Virus record (IMG/VR): IMGVR_UViG_3300007960_000028
Location: 1-56,204 of that record
Length of the DNA: 56,204 bases
Direction: 5' to 3' (one strand)
Source of the DNA: a virus
Taxonomy: Duplodnaviria; Caudoviricetes
Below, in pieces: positions 1 through 11,900 of the stretch. Position 1 is the first letter of the stretch, and each line of letters opens with the position of its first letter. The notes under the pieces were generated by a model. It saw only the letters and a program-made list of their open reading frames with translations, ran no database searches and had not been told where the DNA came from. A program made the translations under genes and the position numbers.

Positions 1-1
1 A

Positions 2-499
2 ATCATCTATATCATCATAATTTATAACTACACGTGATATATCAGATATTAACTCAAACATATATGTTTTTGATGGATCTAATAATTGTATAACTTCTGA
101 ATATTTATTTTGAAATATACTTTTAGCTCTTTCCGTATATACAGAGTCAAATGTCTGTTGTGTAGCAAAATTCCATTTTCCATTGTAATTAAACAATGTT
201 AATAGAGTACCATCCATTTTCTCATATATTAATGTAGGAGTATCTTCCGAATTACTGTCTATATGTATAGATTGATCTTCTGTATAATTAAATATTTTCT
301 GAAATGGCATAGATACAACTAAACCATTTGAATCTAATACAGTTCCTCTTAAATTTAATGTATAATCATCCCAATATCTTTCAAAGACGGTTTTACGAGT
401 ATATTTGTATAATGATATATCATAAACGGGATGTTTAATCTGATTTATATATCCATTATCAATATATATCTTTAATTTATCTAATTCAAATTCATTCAT
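2..499 (-). CDS. T4 Rnl1-like RNA ligase, 5' part (runs off the left edge; not in the ORF track)
   Basis: Manual translation MNEFELDKLKIYIDNGYINQIKHPVYDISLYKYT...FRGTVLDSNGLVVSMPFQKIFNY...IYEKMDGTL...YMFELIS: nucleotidyltransferase motif I (KxDG), RG...PFxKxFN and FE motifs typical of Rnl1. Confidence 0.85.
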   Translation of the reverse strand, partial: MNEFELDKLKIYIDNGYINQIKHPVYDISLYKYTRKTVFERYWDDYTLNLRGTVLDSNGLVVSMPFQKIFNYTEDQSIHIDSNSEDTPTLIYEKMDGTLLTLFNYNGKWNFATQQTFDSVYTERAKSIFQNKYSEVIQLLDPSKTYMFELISDISRVVINYDDIDD

Positions 500-529
500 T
501 TATTTTTTTAATTAATTGAACTAACATTA

Positions 530-561
530 CAAACTTACGAAATTAATTTTACAATTCCAAA
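530..561 (-). promoter_or_regulatory. Bacteroidota-type sigma70 promoter (-33 TTTG / -7 TAAGTTTG)
   Basis: Minus strand TTTG-N20-TAAGTTTG upstream of the RNA ligase; one of 8 copies with identical spacing. Confidence 0.8.
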
Positions 562-564
562 TTA

Positions 565-723
565 TTATTTATTTTTTAACAAATATAATAATTGGTTTGT
601 GATTTCTTCTCTTACAGTTTCATAATTATTATGATGAACAATCATTTTATTGAAAAATATGTTAGAATTACAATAATGAATTCTAATGCTATATTTAGTA
701 ATATGTAATTTTTTATTTTCCAT
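565..723 (-). CDS. Small hypothetical protein (likely start MENKK at 723 rather than 777)
   Basis: ORF fills the gap between the promoter and the upstream gene; the start at 723 minimises overlap. Confidence 0.45.
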   Translation of the reverse strand: MENKKLHITKYSIRIHYCNSNIFFNKMIVHHNNYETVREEITNQLLYLLKNK

Positions 724-1516
724 ATTTTTTATATATAAAATTATGAAATCCAGTATCTCTAATATAGATATTATCAAATAAACATTGTGTTACATCATCA
801 TTTAAATCAACTCTAACATTTGGATAGTTTAATTTATAATAATTATGACATATACATTGATCGCTTGTAGTAAGCATAGTTAAGAAGTCTTCTAATACAA
901 AATCAACTAATTTATATAATTCATCTTTTCTAGTTATATAAAATCCAGAGTTTAGATATTTATATCTTTTTTCTTTACCATCTATACCACTATCTCTATT
1001 AACTTGCTCTTGAAATAATTGAGTTCGTTTGTCGTGAAACATATTTACTTCTGAATTGAATAAAGTATTACAATTTAAACTTTCAAAATATTCTATTAAT
1101 TCATTAAAATCTCCATCTATAAGAACATCACCTGCATCCATACATATAACATAATCATACTTTGATAAATCATATGTAAGTAAAAAGTCTTTTAATAAAA
1201 AATATTTATTTATATTAACCCATTCTTTTTCGTCTTTTGCACTTACTATTTTATTATATTGATACCAATCACCTAATCCAGCATCAATACCCAATCTAAT
1301 CAAATCACCATAACCACGGTTAGAATATGTTAATTCTGCATCAGTAACTTTATCTACATAATTTGACCAAGTAAGGCATAATAAATTATCTGGTAATTTA
1401 TATTTTGTATCTTTACTTAGAATATACTCCTTTAAATCTAAATAAGTATCTTTATTTGTATATCCTAAACCATTACCATGATATGCAATAACATTTGTCA
1501 TTTTAATAACTTCCAT
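713..1516 (-). CDS. Glycosyltransferase-like protein (GT-A, PLOD glycosyltransferase-domain-like)
   Basis: Motifs MDAGDV, FNSE, YKYLNSGFYI, SDQ and VDLNDDVTQCL parallel PLOD-type GT domains (DxxD, FSAE, FLNSG, DDQ, LD...FQ). Confidence 0.65.
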   Translation of the reverse strand: MEVIKMTNVIAYHGNGLGYTNKDTYLDLKEYILSKDTKYKLPDNLLCLTWSNYVDKVTDAELTYSNRGYGDLIRLGIDAGLGDWYQYNKIVSAKDEKEWVNINKYFLLKDFLLTYDLSKYDYVICMDAGDVLIDGDFNELIEYFESLNCNTLFNSEVNMFHDKRTQLFQEQVNRDSGIDGKEKRYKYLNSGFYITRKDELYKLVDFVLEDFLTMLTTSDQCICHNYYKLNYPNVRVDLNDDVTQCLFDNIYIRDTGFHNFIYKKYGK

Positions 1517-1746
1517 TTTTTATAATTTGAAAAAATATCTTTGTAATATATAATATCTAAATATGTGTCTTGTTCAATGTAAATATGATCTTCAAATAAT
1601 AGATAATCATCATAAGGTCTTCTATATATGAAATCAGATAATGCATGAACGAATGTTTCTAATTCGTAATCAGGCATATCGTCAATGAAAAAATATATTA
1701 GACACTCATTTATTTCCATATTCATAATCAATATAAAATAGTTCAC
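1498..1746 (-). CDS. Small hypothetical protein (C-terminal DIFSNYKKWKLLK motif family)
   Basis: ORF in operon context; C-terminal motif shared with 2710..2895 and 29755..29964. Confidence 0.6.
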   Translation of the reverse strand: MNYFILIMNMEINECLIYFFIDDMPDYELETFVHALSDFIYRRPYDDYLLFEDHIYIEQDTYLDIIYYKDIFSNYKKWKLLK

Positions 1747-1906
1747 CTTCCGGTTTAGATAATGGGCTTATAGATGTGAAATCAAATGAAATAATTGGAG
1801 TTGAAATGATATTAAATAGAGATAAATCTCTATATATTACCTTTCCATCCCATTTAACATATTTAAGTTTTATATGTTGTCTAATATCGTATTGTATTAG
1901 TTTCAT
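1706..1906 (-). CDS. Small hypothetical protein
   Basis: ATGA-type start/stop overlap with the upstream GT gene. Confidence 0.55.
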   Translation of the reverse strand: MKLIQYDIRQHIKLKYVKWDGKVIYRDLSLFNIISTPIISFDFTSISPLSKPEGELFYIDYEYGNK

Positions 1907-2640
1907 CTATCTATAACATCGGTTTTTGGTTGAGATTCCCACCATTGTCGTGTAACTTCAATATCATTTAATAGATGACCACATTCAATAGAAGTATCTA
2001 CAAATATTTTATATCCTAATTCCTTAACTCTTTCACAGAAAACTATATCTTCTGAATAAAACTTAATCTCTTTTTTAGAACCATACTCTGCAACTCTATA
2101 TTCAAACCAAGGTTTAGATAGTTTTTTAAATACATCCATCTTAATAAGCATACATCCAGTTGCAAGTGCATCACATTCCATTAATTCCCCATATGGTATA
2201 TGGTGTGGTAAAGCATAATCACCACTACCATCAGGATGTTTCCAAAATACAGCAGGTTTGTATGGATGGTATCTTTCAAAATACAATCCACCAACTATAT
2301 CTTTATCATGAGCTAATAGTTTTTCAATAGTATCTGGTGGAAAAGTCATATCAGTATCTAAAAACATAATATGAGTGCAACCTTGTTGCTCTGCTGCTTC
2401 ACATATATTATTTCTAGCTATTGATGTTATAGAACCTATAACAGATATACCTACGTGATTATCTGGTTTACGTAACATTTGATACGAATCAAAGAATTTC
2501 ATATGTATAAACGGAAATAACATAGGAAGACCAATACCTACTTTAGTACTTGTATTCTTTGGTATTTGATTTTTTTTATATAAATTATCATTTATATAGT
2601 TACTATAAAACTCTTGTGGATTATCATATGATTGTGACAT
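1903..2640 (-). CDS. GT2-like glycosyltransferase
   Basis: ARNNI...MFLDTDM (DxD), ATGCMLI, SEDIVFC (catalytic ED), IFVDTSIECGH. Confidence 0.8.
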   Translation of the reverse strand: MSQSYDNPQEFYSNYINDNLYKKNQIPKNTSTKVGIGLPMLFPFIHMKFFDSYQMLRKPDNHVGISVIGSITSIARNNICEAAEQQGCTHIMFLDTDMTFPPDTIEKLLAHDKDIVGGLYFERYHPYKPAVFWKHPDGSGDYALPHHIPYGELMECDALATGCMLIKMDVFKKLSKPWFEYRVAEYGSKKEIKFYSEDIVFCERVKELGYKIFVDTSIECGHLLNDIEVTRQWWESQPKTDVIDR

Positions 2641-2677
2641 ATTAACCTTAATATTAATTAATTAAAAATTATAATTA

Positions 2678-2709
2678 CAAATTTACAAAAAAGAATTCAT
2701 ATATACAAA
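2678..2709 (-). promoter_or_regulatory. Bacteroidota-type sigma70 promoter
   Basis: Minus strand TTTG-N20-TAAATTTG upstream of 1903..2640. Confidence 0.8.
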
Positions 2710-2895
2710 TTAAATATTTAATAATTTCCATCTAACATAATCATTATATATATTTTTATAGTAAAAAGTTCGGAATAGAGTAACTTCGTTATAGAAAATT
2801 ACTCTATCCCACATATATTCCGTTATAAATGGATCACTTTGTTGAAAGTAAATCTTAAATTGAAAATATATATAATCCGATTGCAATTGGATCAT
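2710..2895 (-). CDS. Small hypothetical protein (C-terminal NIYNDYVRWKLLNI motif family)
   Basis: 61-aa ORF with the shared C-terminal motif. Confidence 0.55.
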   Translation of the reverse strand: MIQLQSDYIYFQFKIYFQQSDPFITEYMWDRVIFYNEVTLFRTFYYKNIYNDYVRWKLLNI

Positions 2896-2912
2896 CTCAA
2901 ATATGAAACTTC

Positions 2913-2942
2913 ATAATAAATAGAGTTTTTTATATTTATTAT
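2913..2942. promoter_or_regulatory. Back-to-back TATTTATTAT boxes (10-bp inverted repeat, 10-nt spacer); putative divergent late promoters
   Basis: ATAATAAATA (2913-2922) and TATTTATTAT (2933-2942) lie between divergent genes; TATTTATTA also precedes the genes starting at 21819 and 44863. Confidence 0.45.
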
Positions 2943-2985
2943 AGAGATTTTTATATTATAAATATATTATTTTTTTGGGTAATAC

Positions 2986-5900
2986 ATGAGTTTAGCTATA
3001 TATAATTTATTACAACAAGGATATTTAAAATATTCATCTGATATAAATACAGATTTTTTTAATACAACGCATGACTTGGAATTAGTTTATGGTGAAAATG
3101 AAAATATGGAAGTTGGATTTTCTATTGAAAAAAATAACTATGTATCTAAAGTAGGGATTTTAACTTTTAATGTTCAAGAGATAGTACCAAAATTAAAAAG
3201 TATAAACTCAACAGAAGTTACAATAAATATACCGTTAAACTCATTAGTATATAAAAATAAAAATTTACCAAATGGCGTAAGTAATGTTTTATATATAGCA
3301 AAATACACAAAAAATATATCAAAAGAAACTCTATATACTGATTTAAATGGTATAATATCATCTATAGAAAATTCAAGTATAAATTTAGATACGTATGCGG
3401 TATATAATGATGAAATATTATGTGAATTAAATCATTTAGATGGTCAAATAAATAATAATTTATCAATAACAATTAATATAGAAGACTTAGATGTAACGAA
3501 AGATTTGCATTTAATAGTATTTAATGATTTTATAAAAAAATCAATAGATATTTCGGATAAAGAATTATTTGGTGATATGTCATCAATATATACAGAAATA
3601 TCGGTGGATGATAGTCAATATATATTTAATCTTACTTCTAGTTATTCTGCGTATAGCAATTGCAATAAATTATTTGCTTATGGTACTGATGAAAATCCGT
3701 ATCTTCATGTATATTCTTATGATAATGATACATATTTAACATCTAGTGTAACGATAGATTCAAAACCAACATCACCAATAAGTAAATTACAATTTACAAA
3801 GGATAGTTCAAAATTATTCGTATTAACAAAACAAGATCCTTATTATAAAATATACACTATATCTAACAACACATTAAATGATGGTCTTTCTATTGGAAAC
3901 GAACTACCTACACAAGAAGTAGCAGATATAGCAGTTACATCTAATGGTTCTTCTATATATTTAATGTCTGCTAATATAGGTACAGTTATACGAAGATATA
4001 CTTTAAGTGGAAACTCTTATACATTAACATCAACCAGAACTTTACTTGATAATGATGAAAATATATATAGATCTATGGAATTAAATGAAGATGATTCTGT
4101 TATTGCATTGGCATCTATTGATAATGGTTTAATATATAATATAGATAACGGTAATATATCCGACGTAAACACAACTTATATAGATACTAATATACAGATA
4201 TTTGAATGTTTTAAATTTAAATGGTCAACAACCAAAAAATATTTAGTTGTTAATGGTATTATGGCATATTATAATACAATATTAAATGGTAATGTTCATA
4301 TATTAAAAAAGGATGGTGATTCATATAAATACCTAACAACTATAACGGATGCATCGGATATGTATGATATAAAATCAATCGATTTTGATTTAGAAGATAC
4401 ATGTATGGTTTTAGGTGGAAATCAATTGCTAAATAGTGATTTTAGAACCGAGTATAGTACGGAAATTAGAAGTTTTAATATAGATAACGATGTATTTACA
4501 TTGCAAACCGATTACTTTAAAGATATAAATTCAGAATTTTTAGATATATTTAATGGTATAGGTGAAGTAACATCATGTGATGTATCTCCAAATCAAATAT
4601 ACATATCGGCAACATCAAAAACACAACCATATTTACATATATTTAGTTCTAGTGAAAAGTATATAGATTCTTATAATTTATTACAATCAAAAATAACTGC
4701 TAGTATTAGTGTGGATTTTGTTGAAGACTTTAAAACCACTATAAATACGATATATAGCTCTCATAGTTATGTGGATTATACATCAAGCAATATAAATGAT
4801 ATATTAGATACCAATCCTTCATTAGCTTATAGTAGATATAGAGTTACAAAGGATGATGATGTTTTACGTGTTGGTATGTATGCTGATATGAATTCTAATT
4901 TAGAACAAGATTATTCAAATAAAGTTGCACAATTACATTTTGATACTAGAAATTTAAATTTATTTGGGAATTTGGTATCTGCAAAACTATCATTTCATAT
5001 AGATAAAAACACAATACATAAAAGACCAAGAGGATTCTTAGATAATGTTTCAAATAAACTTATAGTAACTAAATTAATAAACAATACATCAAATTATCAA
5101 GCAGTTAGTAGTTCTATAACAAGCGAAATAGTATCTAGTGCTAGTTTAGATCCATATTTCTATTTTACAGGTAATAAAACAAATTATTATGACGCAATAG
5201 CTATAAGCACGGAATCCATTGAAAGTTCTTATATAGATATATCTAATATAAATCAGTTAGGGGTTACTAGTTTCTCCTTATTCATAGATAGTACATACAA
5301 ATCATCTAATTTTAGTAGTTCAGAATTAAATTCTAACGGAAATATAGTTTCATATAGTCTATATAAAGAATATGATACATTTAATACAGATTATAATACT
5401 ATAATATCATCTATTGTAGAAACAGATTTAAATAATGAAATAATAGTATCACAAGAAACATTCCCTACATTCTATACAGCAACATCTAAGGTATATTATC
5501 ATGATTCTGCTAGTCAAAATATAATAAATATAACGAATACATTAACATCTAGTATTATGCCGGGTTCTATGAGTAAAATGGCTGTATCACAAGATGGCCA
5601 ATGGTTAATATATGATAGTGGATTAATGAATCAAGAATTAACTAGAAGTATATATAATGAAAATAATACATATCATAAAAATATAAGCAGATCAAATTTA
5701 ACAGATAGAAAAGTATCTGACAGAACTAAACTATCGAATGATAATTTATATGTTTTATATGAAGGTTTTGCTAATCATGATAGTTATGTATGGAATTTAT
5801 CCAATTTAACACAATACAATCAAACTGATGGTAAAGTACCTGGATTTTCATTATACTCTATAAACGGAAATTCTCTTAGTTACTATACATTACCGACTTA

Positions 5901-8900
5901 TAGCGCATATTATTATAATGGCAATTTTAGTAATGATTCTTCTCAATTAGTTGTATTAAACAATCTTGATGTACCTATATTGTTTGATTTAGAAAATAAT
6001 ACATATGATAAATTATATATAAAGAGTAGAGAATATGGAATGTCACAAGAAAGTTCATATATAACAAATGGTTATTTCATAGATAATAGCAAAAACATAA
6101 TATTTGGTATGAGCAGTAAAGATAATCAAATGTTTAAAAAGAACTCAGCGTCAGCATCTAACTTTACAGTAGATGTACCTGTTAGTAGTTCTAATTTTAT
6201 ACATACATCTAATATATCAAATCATATATTAGTAGGTGATATATCTGGAAGTGAAAAACATGTTAAGTTATATAAACACAACTATAATAATGATACATTT
6301 GAGCTAATACCAAATCCAACTGAGATAATATCAGAATCTATATCTATATCATATAGAAATAATATACTTGCATTTGCACATAATAGTGTAGATAAAATTT
6401 ACATATATAGTCAATCAAATGATTCATTTACAAAATTAAATACACCTACATCATTACCATTAGGTAATATGAAAGATATACAATTATCCAACGATTCCAA
6501 ATATATGGTTGTTACTACTGATACTAGCCCATATATGTTTGTATATAAAAACACATCTAATATATATGAGTTAAAAGAACTAGACGTAACACCAACCACA
6601 GAAATAAGTTCATTTGGTATATCATCTGTTTTAAATATAGGTAATGGTGATTTTGATGTATTTCTACCATATATATACTCTGGTAGTGCAAATACATTAT
6701 ACACTTATAAACTTAACTCTATAACTGATAATGTTGAATTTGGATATACTGCTAGTACAGGTAATCGTATCACCAATCCACACAGTATAAATGATTCTTA
6801 TTATTGGAAAGATATAAAATGGTCTAATGATAATTCTTATTTTTATATGATAACTATGGAGAAAACCGTAGATGGAGATGAAACTAGAGGAGTTAGATAT
6901 TTTGAACCATCATATTATACTAATCCATATACCAAACAATCTGGCTATGCAATTAAAGAATTACGGGATAGAGTATCATATTATGCAACACCATCTAGTT
7001 ATAAAACATATGATAGTTATGATGTAGCTCTAAATCATTACCCAAACAAAATAAATTCGGCACATAAATTACCTGAGTATGTAGTTACTCGTAATTCCGG
7101 TTTAAACATGGATGTTACTATATATAATGATGAATTTAATTCATACGACGATACAACACAGTATCGTTATCTATCACGTACACATAGAATATATTATAAT
7201 TCTGCATCTGAAATTACGAATACTCAATCCGTAGAATATAAATTTTCATATGATGATAGGTATATATATGGAGTATCGGAGGTATCTCCTTATTTCACTA
7301 TTTATAATAGAAATTCTAAACCATATAATCCTGTTTATATATATTCAGAAAACCAATTAATAAGAGATTATAATTCCGATCCAAACCCTAAGTTGAATTT
7401 TTATAAATATTATCCAACCTCATCATTAGCGTCTATAGATGGTTATAAATTTACAAATACAAATAATGATTTTGTAGTTTATGGTATGGGTATATCGGAA
7501 ACATCAGATCCAATAGAAGCATTTAGTGTTAATACAAGTTCATATCATTATGAATTTACTAAAATAGATAATTATATAGATACTACACAATTACAAGGAA
7601 AAACTGTTATTAAATTATCATATACATCCGATGATAATAGATTACTGGCTCTATGTAATGATAAATCCAATATATTTTTATATTATTATACTTCATCTGA
7701 AACTGGTTATGTTTATAATCAAACTATAAATACTATACCGATTAAAAGCAGAGGAACCTATAACTTAGCTGATGCAAATATATCTTCTGATGGTTCATAC
7801 GCTGTATTATGTGCATATGGCAATACTAATACTATACATACATATCAAATAAACGATGAAAATGTTGTTACCGAATTAGATAATATATGTAATACCATAG
7901 ATAGAGTTACATCAGCTGACATCTCAATTACCGGTTCATTTATACCAAATACAAGATATAATGATTCATTTACGAATAAAACATCTGGTAAGGGAGTATT
8001 GGTTTTATCCGATATAAATGGTTGGTTAGAAAATAAATCTGTTTTATTACAAAGATACAGTAGTTCATTTACTACTGAAAGTTTCTCTTTAATAGCAACT
8101 TCAAGTTATAACCTATATCAATCAAACGTATTTGATTATAGATTTAATCCTATAAATAATTTACTAAATGAAAAGTTTTATTCTTTTTCATACGATAACA
8201 AATTATTATCTGTTGTCAGTTATAAAACTGATTGTGAAGGAAATCAATCTACAACTGATGTGGATATATTTGAATATATAGAAAATGAAAATAAATGGGA
8301 TATATATGAAAGTTATAAATCAGATACATCTAATATATTAAGTTTAGACTATAAACCAACATCAGTATCATATACAAAGTTCCATCCATCAATGCCTTTA
8401 TTGATATGTATAAGTTATGGTATAAATAAAGGTATATCTGTTTATAAATTTAAGTCGTATTTTGATCCACAAGATAACCCAACATCAGATGTACCTGGTA
8501 TTATGGAATTAGTATATAAAGGAATATTACCATCAGATTATAATGGAATATTAGTAAGTAATATAGTATTCTCAAATGATGGAAAATACATGATATTACA
8601 TTCATCTGTAGGTAAAATATATGGATACAAAATAACTTGGGAAAATAAAAGAACTCCTATTATAACAGAATTAGATAAAGGATATACTGAAGATGAGATA
8701 GATTTAGGATCAAAATACTCTGCATTTTATAATAGAGATATACTTAATGGAAATCAACAAGTTGCATCTTTTATAAATGATACAGAATTTGTTATGCCTA
8801 TATTACAAAGTGGATCATTCTATGATGGTGACTTTGATTATAACGGAACAAATATACCATTACAAGCATCATCAGTTAAAAACTATATATTTTATATAGA

Positions 8901-11900
8901 TGAAAATGATACAATACAATTAAAATATGAAACAGTTGAACCATATTTTATAAATGATACATTGCCTAGTTACTACAACAATCAATACTTATCTCAAAAT
9001 ATAAACAATGTGTCTTTAGTTGATATATTTAATACATCATTAAATAAAGATTATATATTTCATACTGCATTGTATCAACCAAATAGCGATTTACCTGATA
9101 TACAAGACGCATATCTAGTTTCTGGTTCAAGAATATTATATAGACATAAAGCATTTGAAAATTATCATATTATTGAATTTCCAAAAAGTAACTATATAAG
9201 TTTAGATTTAGAATATCAACCTGTAACAGAACCTACAATATCTATAAATGCAACTTCTTATGGTTATATAGAATATTCATCTTCAAATGTAAATGATATA
9301 TTTGATGCTACATCATCAATAGATTATTATATATATAGTCAATCAGAAACTATAAAATCAGGATTGTCATATGAAGGTGGTGTTTATACAGCTAATGTTG
9401 GTTATATATCATTCAATACATATACAGTAGCAAATAATGTATCTCCTACAAAAGTTAGACTTGTATTTGATATAAATGAAGATTCTTACTCATATAAACC
9501 AAAAACATTCCCTAACGGAGTTGATAACTACTTAAATCTAGTATTTTATAATTATCCATTTGCAATAGAAGATATTAAAGGTTTAATATCAACTATAAAT
9601 CAAGCACATAGATCAAGTTATATAACTTACATAGAAGAAAATAATTTATGGATTAGACCTATAGTAGTAAATACAAAGGATTTAGAATCAGATTCTTCTA
9701 GTAATATAGACACTCAATTTAGTTATCCAGATACAGAATTAAATTATACTGTTGGTGTAACAGATAATGGTAAATTCTACGTAGATATAGAAGATGATAC
9801 ATTAATAAATAAAAAAGGTCATACCAATATATTATTCTATATAGATCATCTATATAAACAACAAGATTTTGATAATCAAGTATTAACGGATAGGTCATTA
9901 TCTTATGGTTTAAAATATTATAATGGAAGTATAATAAATAAAACATATATAGAAAGACCAAAACATATTAAAACTGGATTGAATGAATCTGTTATAGTAA
10001 TACTATCAGAAGATCAATCTGTATATAGTTTTTATAGATCGTATGGTGGTGATATTCATACAAATGTATTTCAAAGTTTTATACCATCAATAAATGCTAA
10101 TTCAACTTATATACATTTAAGTGATTCATCTAGATACTTATCTGTATGCGATTACTTAGTATCAGCTAAAGTATTTTATAGAACTGATAATAGTTATAAA
10201 GAGATACCTATTATATATGCAAATATAGATAGACCCGTATATTGTCATATAAGTGATGATTCCAATTATTTACTAATAGTTCAAGAAACATATCCAAATA
10301 TAATATTAGGTATACAATCATATAGCGATAGAGTTGTTTTTAATTTTAAAGATGATAGAGTGGTTGAAAATTCTATAACTGGAGTAATAAATCCATATAA
10401 AGCCGTAGATATGAGGAATAATGTTATTGTTATAGGAACAAATAATGGAGTTTTAGTATATAAAAATTCATCTAAAGGATATTCAAAAGATATAATGACA
10501 TTCGTAACTACAAATTATAATAGTGCATCTAATATATCTATTACCAAATTATCAACTAATAACTATTTAGCTATTGTAGATGAAAATACAAATAGATTAT
10601 TTGTATTTTATATATCTGGATTTACAGTAACAGAAATATTTGATTATACGTTTAATGGTGCTGTAACCGATATACTATTTTTAGAAAACAATAAATATAT
10701 AGCAGTATCATCAGTTGAAGATCCATATATAACATTCTTCGAAATAAACGGATCCGATGTAAGTTTAAAGAATATAAAATTTGATATAGATATAAATGAA
10801 CCTATATACGCTATGTCTTTCTTAAAAAGTGCAAATAAATTATTATTGGGTGCAAAAGATAATAATTTTGAATTAGAAGTTTCTACTGGATATTCTATAA
10901 ATAGATTTAATGGTATAAATGATTTACCAACGGGATTAGGAACTGCAGTTGATTTTTCTCATAATGATAAATTTATGATTGTTTCTCATGAACAAAGTCC
11001 GTATATAACAGTATATTATGTTACTGATACAGAATATATTAAAATATCAAATGGTAACTTCGATATATTACCTAGTTCAACTGCTAGATGTGCAGCATTT
11101 TCAAGAGATAATAACTATCTTTTAGTTGGAACCGAAGCTGCTCCTTACTTACATATATATCAAGTAAACGATAATAATGAAAATACAACATTTACTTCAG
11201 TTTCATTACCATCAAATCCATTTACAAGTTTTATAATTAATATAGATTTTAGTTATAATGGAAATTATGTTATATTTGCAACATCTGAACAAGGTATATT
11301 AGGATATTCATATTCAAATGGTACATTAGGAACTGCTATGACAATCAATATACCGGTTACAGGTTATGTTTCCGAAACTCAATTTTCACCTAATGATAAT
11401 TTTGTTGGTGTAGCGATGGATAATAGTCCTTATGTTAGATTTTATAGTCATTCAAATGGAATACTAACAAAATTATCAGATCCACAAACAATTCCTACTG
11501 CAAAGGCAAGAGATATAGCATTTACAGAAGATGGAGTAAATGTATTTATAAACTTCCGGCAAAATCAAGGTATAATTGCTTACAAATATAATGGAACTAA
11601 ATTTGAATCTGATAATATACTATCCGAAACCATCGGTTCGGGTGTAGGTCAAGAAATGATATTATATAACGATAGAACTTTGATAACTGTTATAGAAGGA
11701 TCTTCTCCATATATCAAAACATATGTTCAAACTAATAATATATACGAACCATTATATCCAAATCCATTTACAGATATAACAGGAGATGCATTTGGTATAT
11801 CAAAATCAAATAATGGTAAGTTTATAGCAATAGCACATGATTCTGCTCCATATATAACAGTATATAAGGTAATATCCGATTCTTTACTTTTAAAATCATT

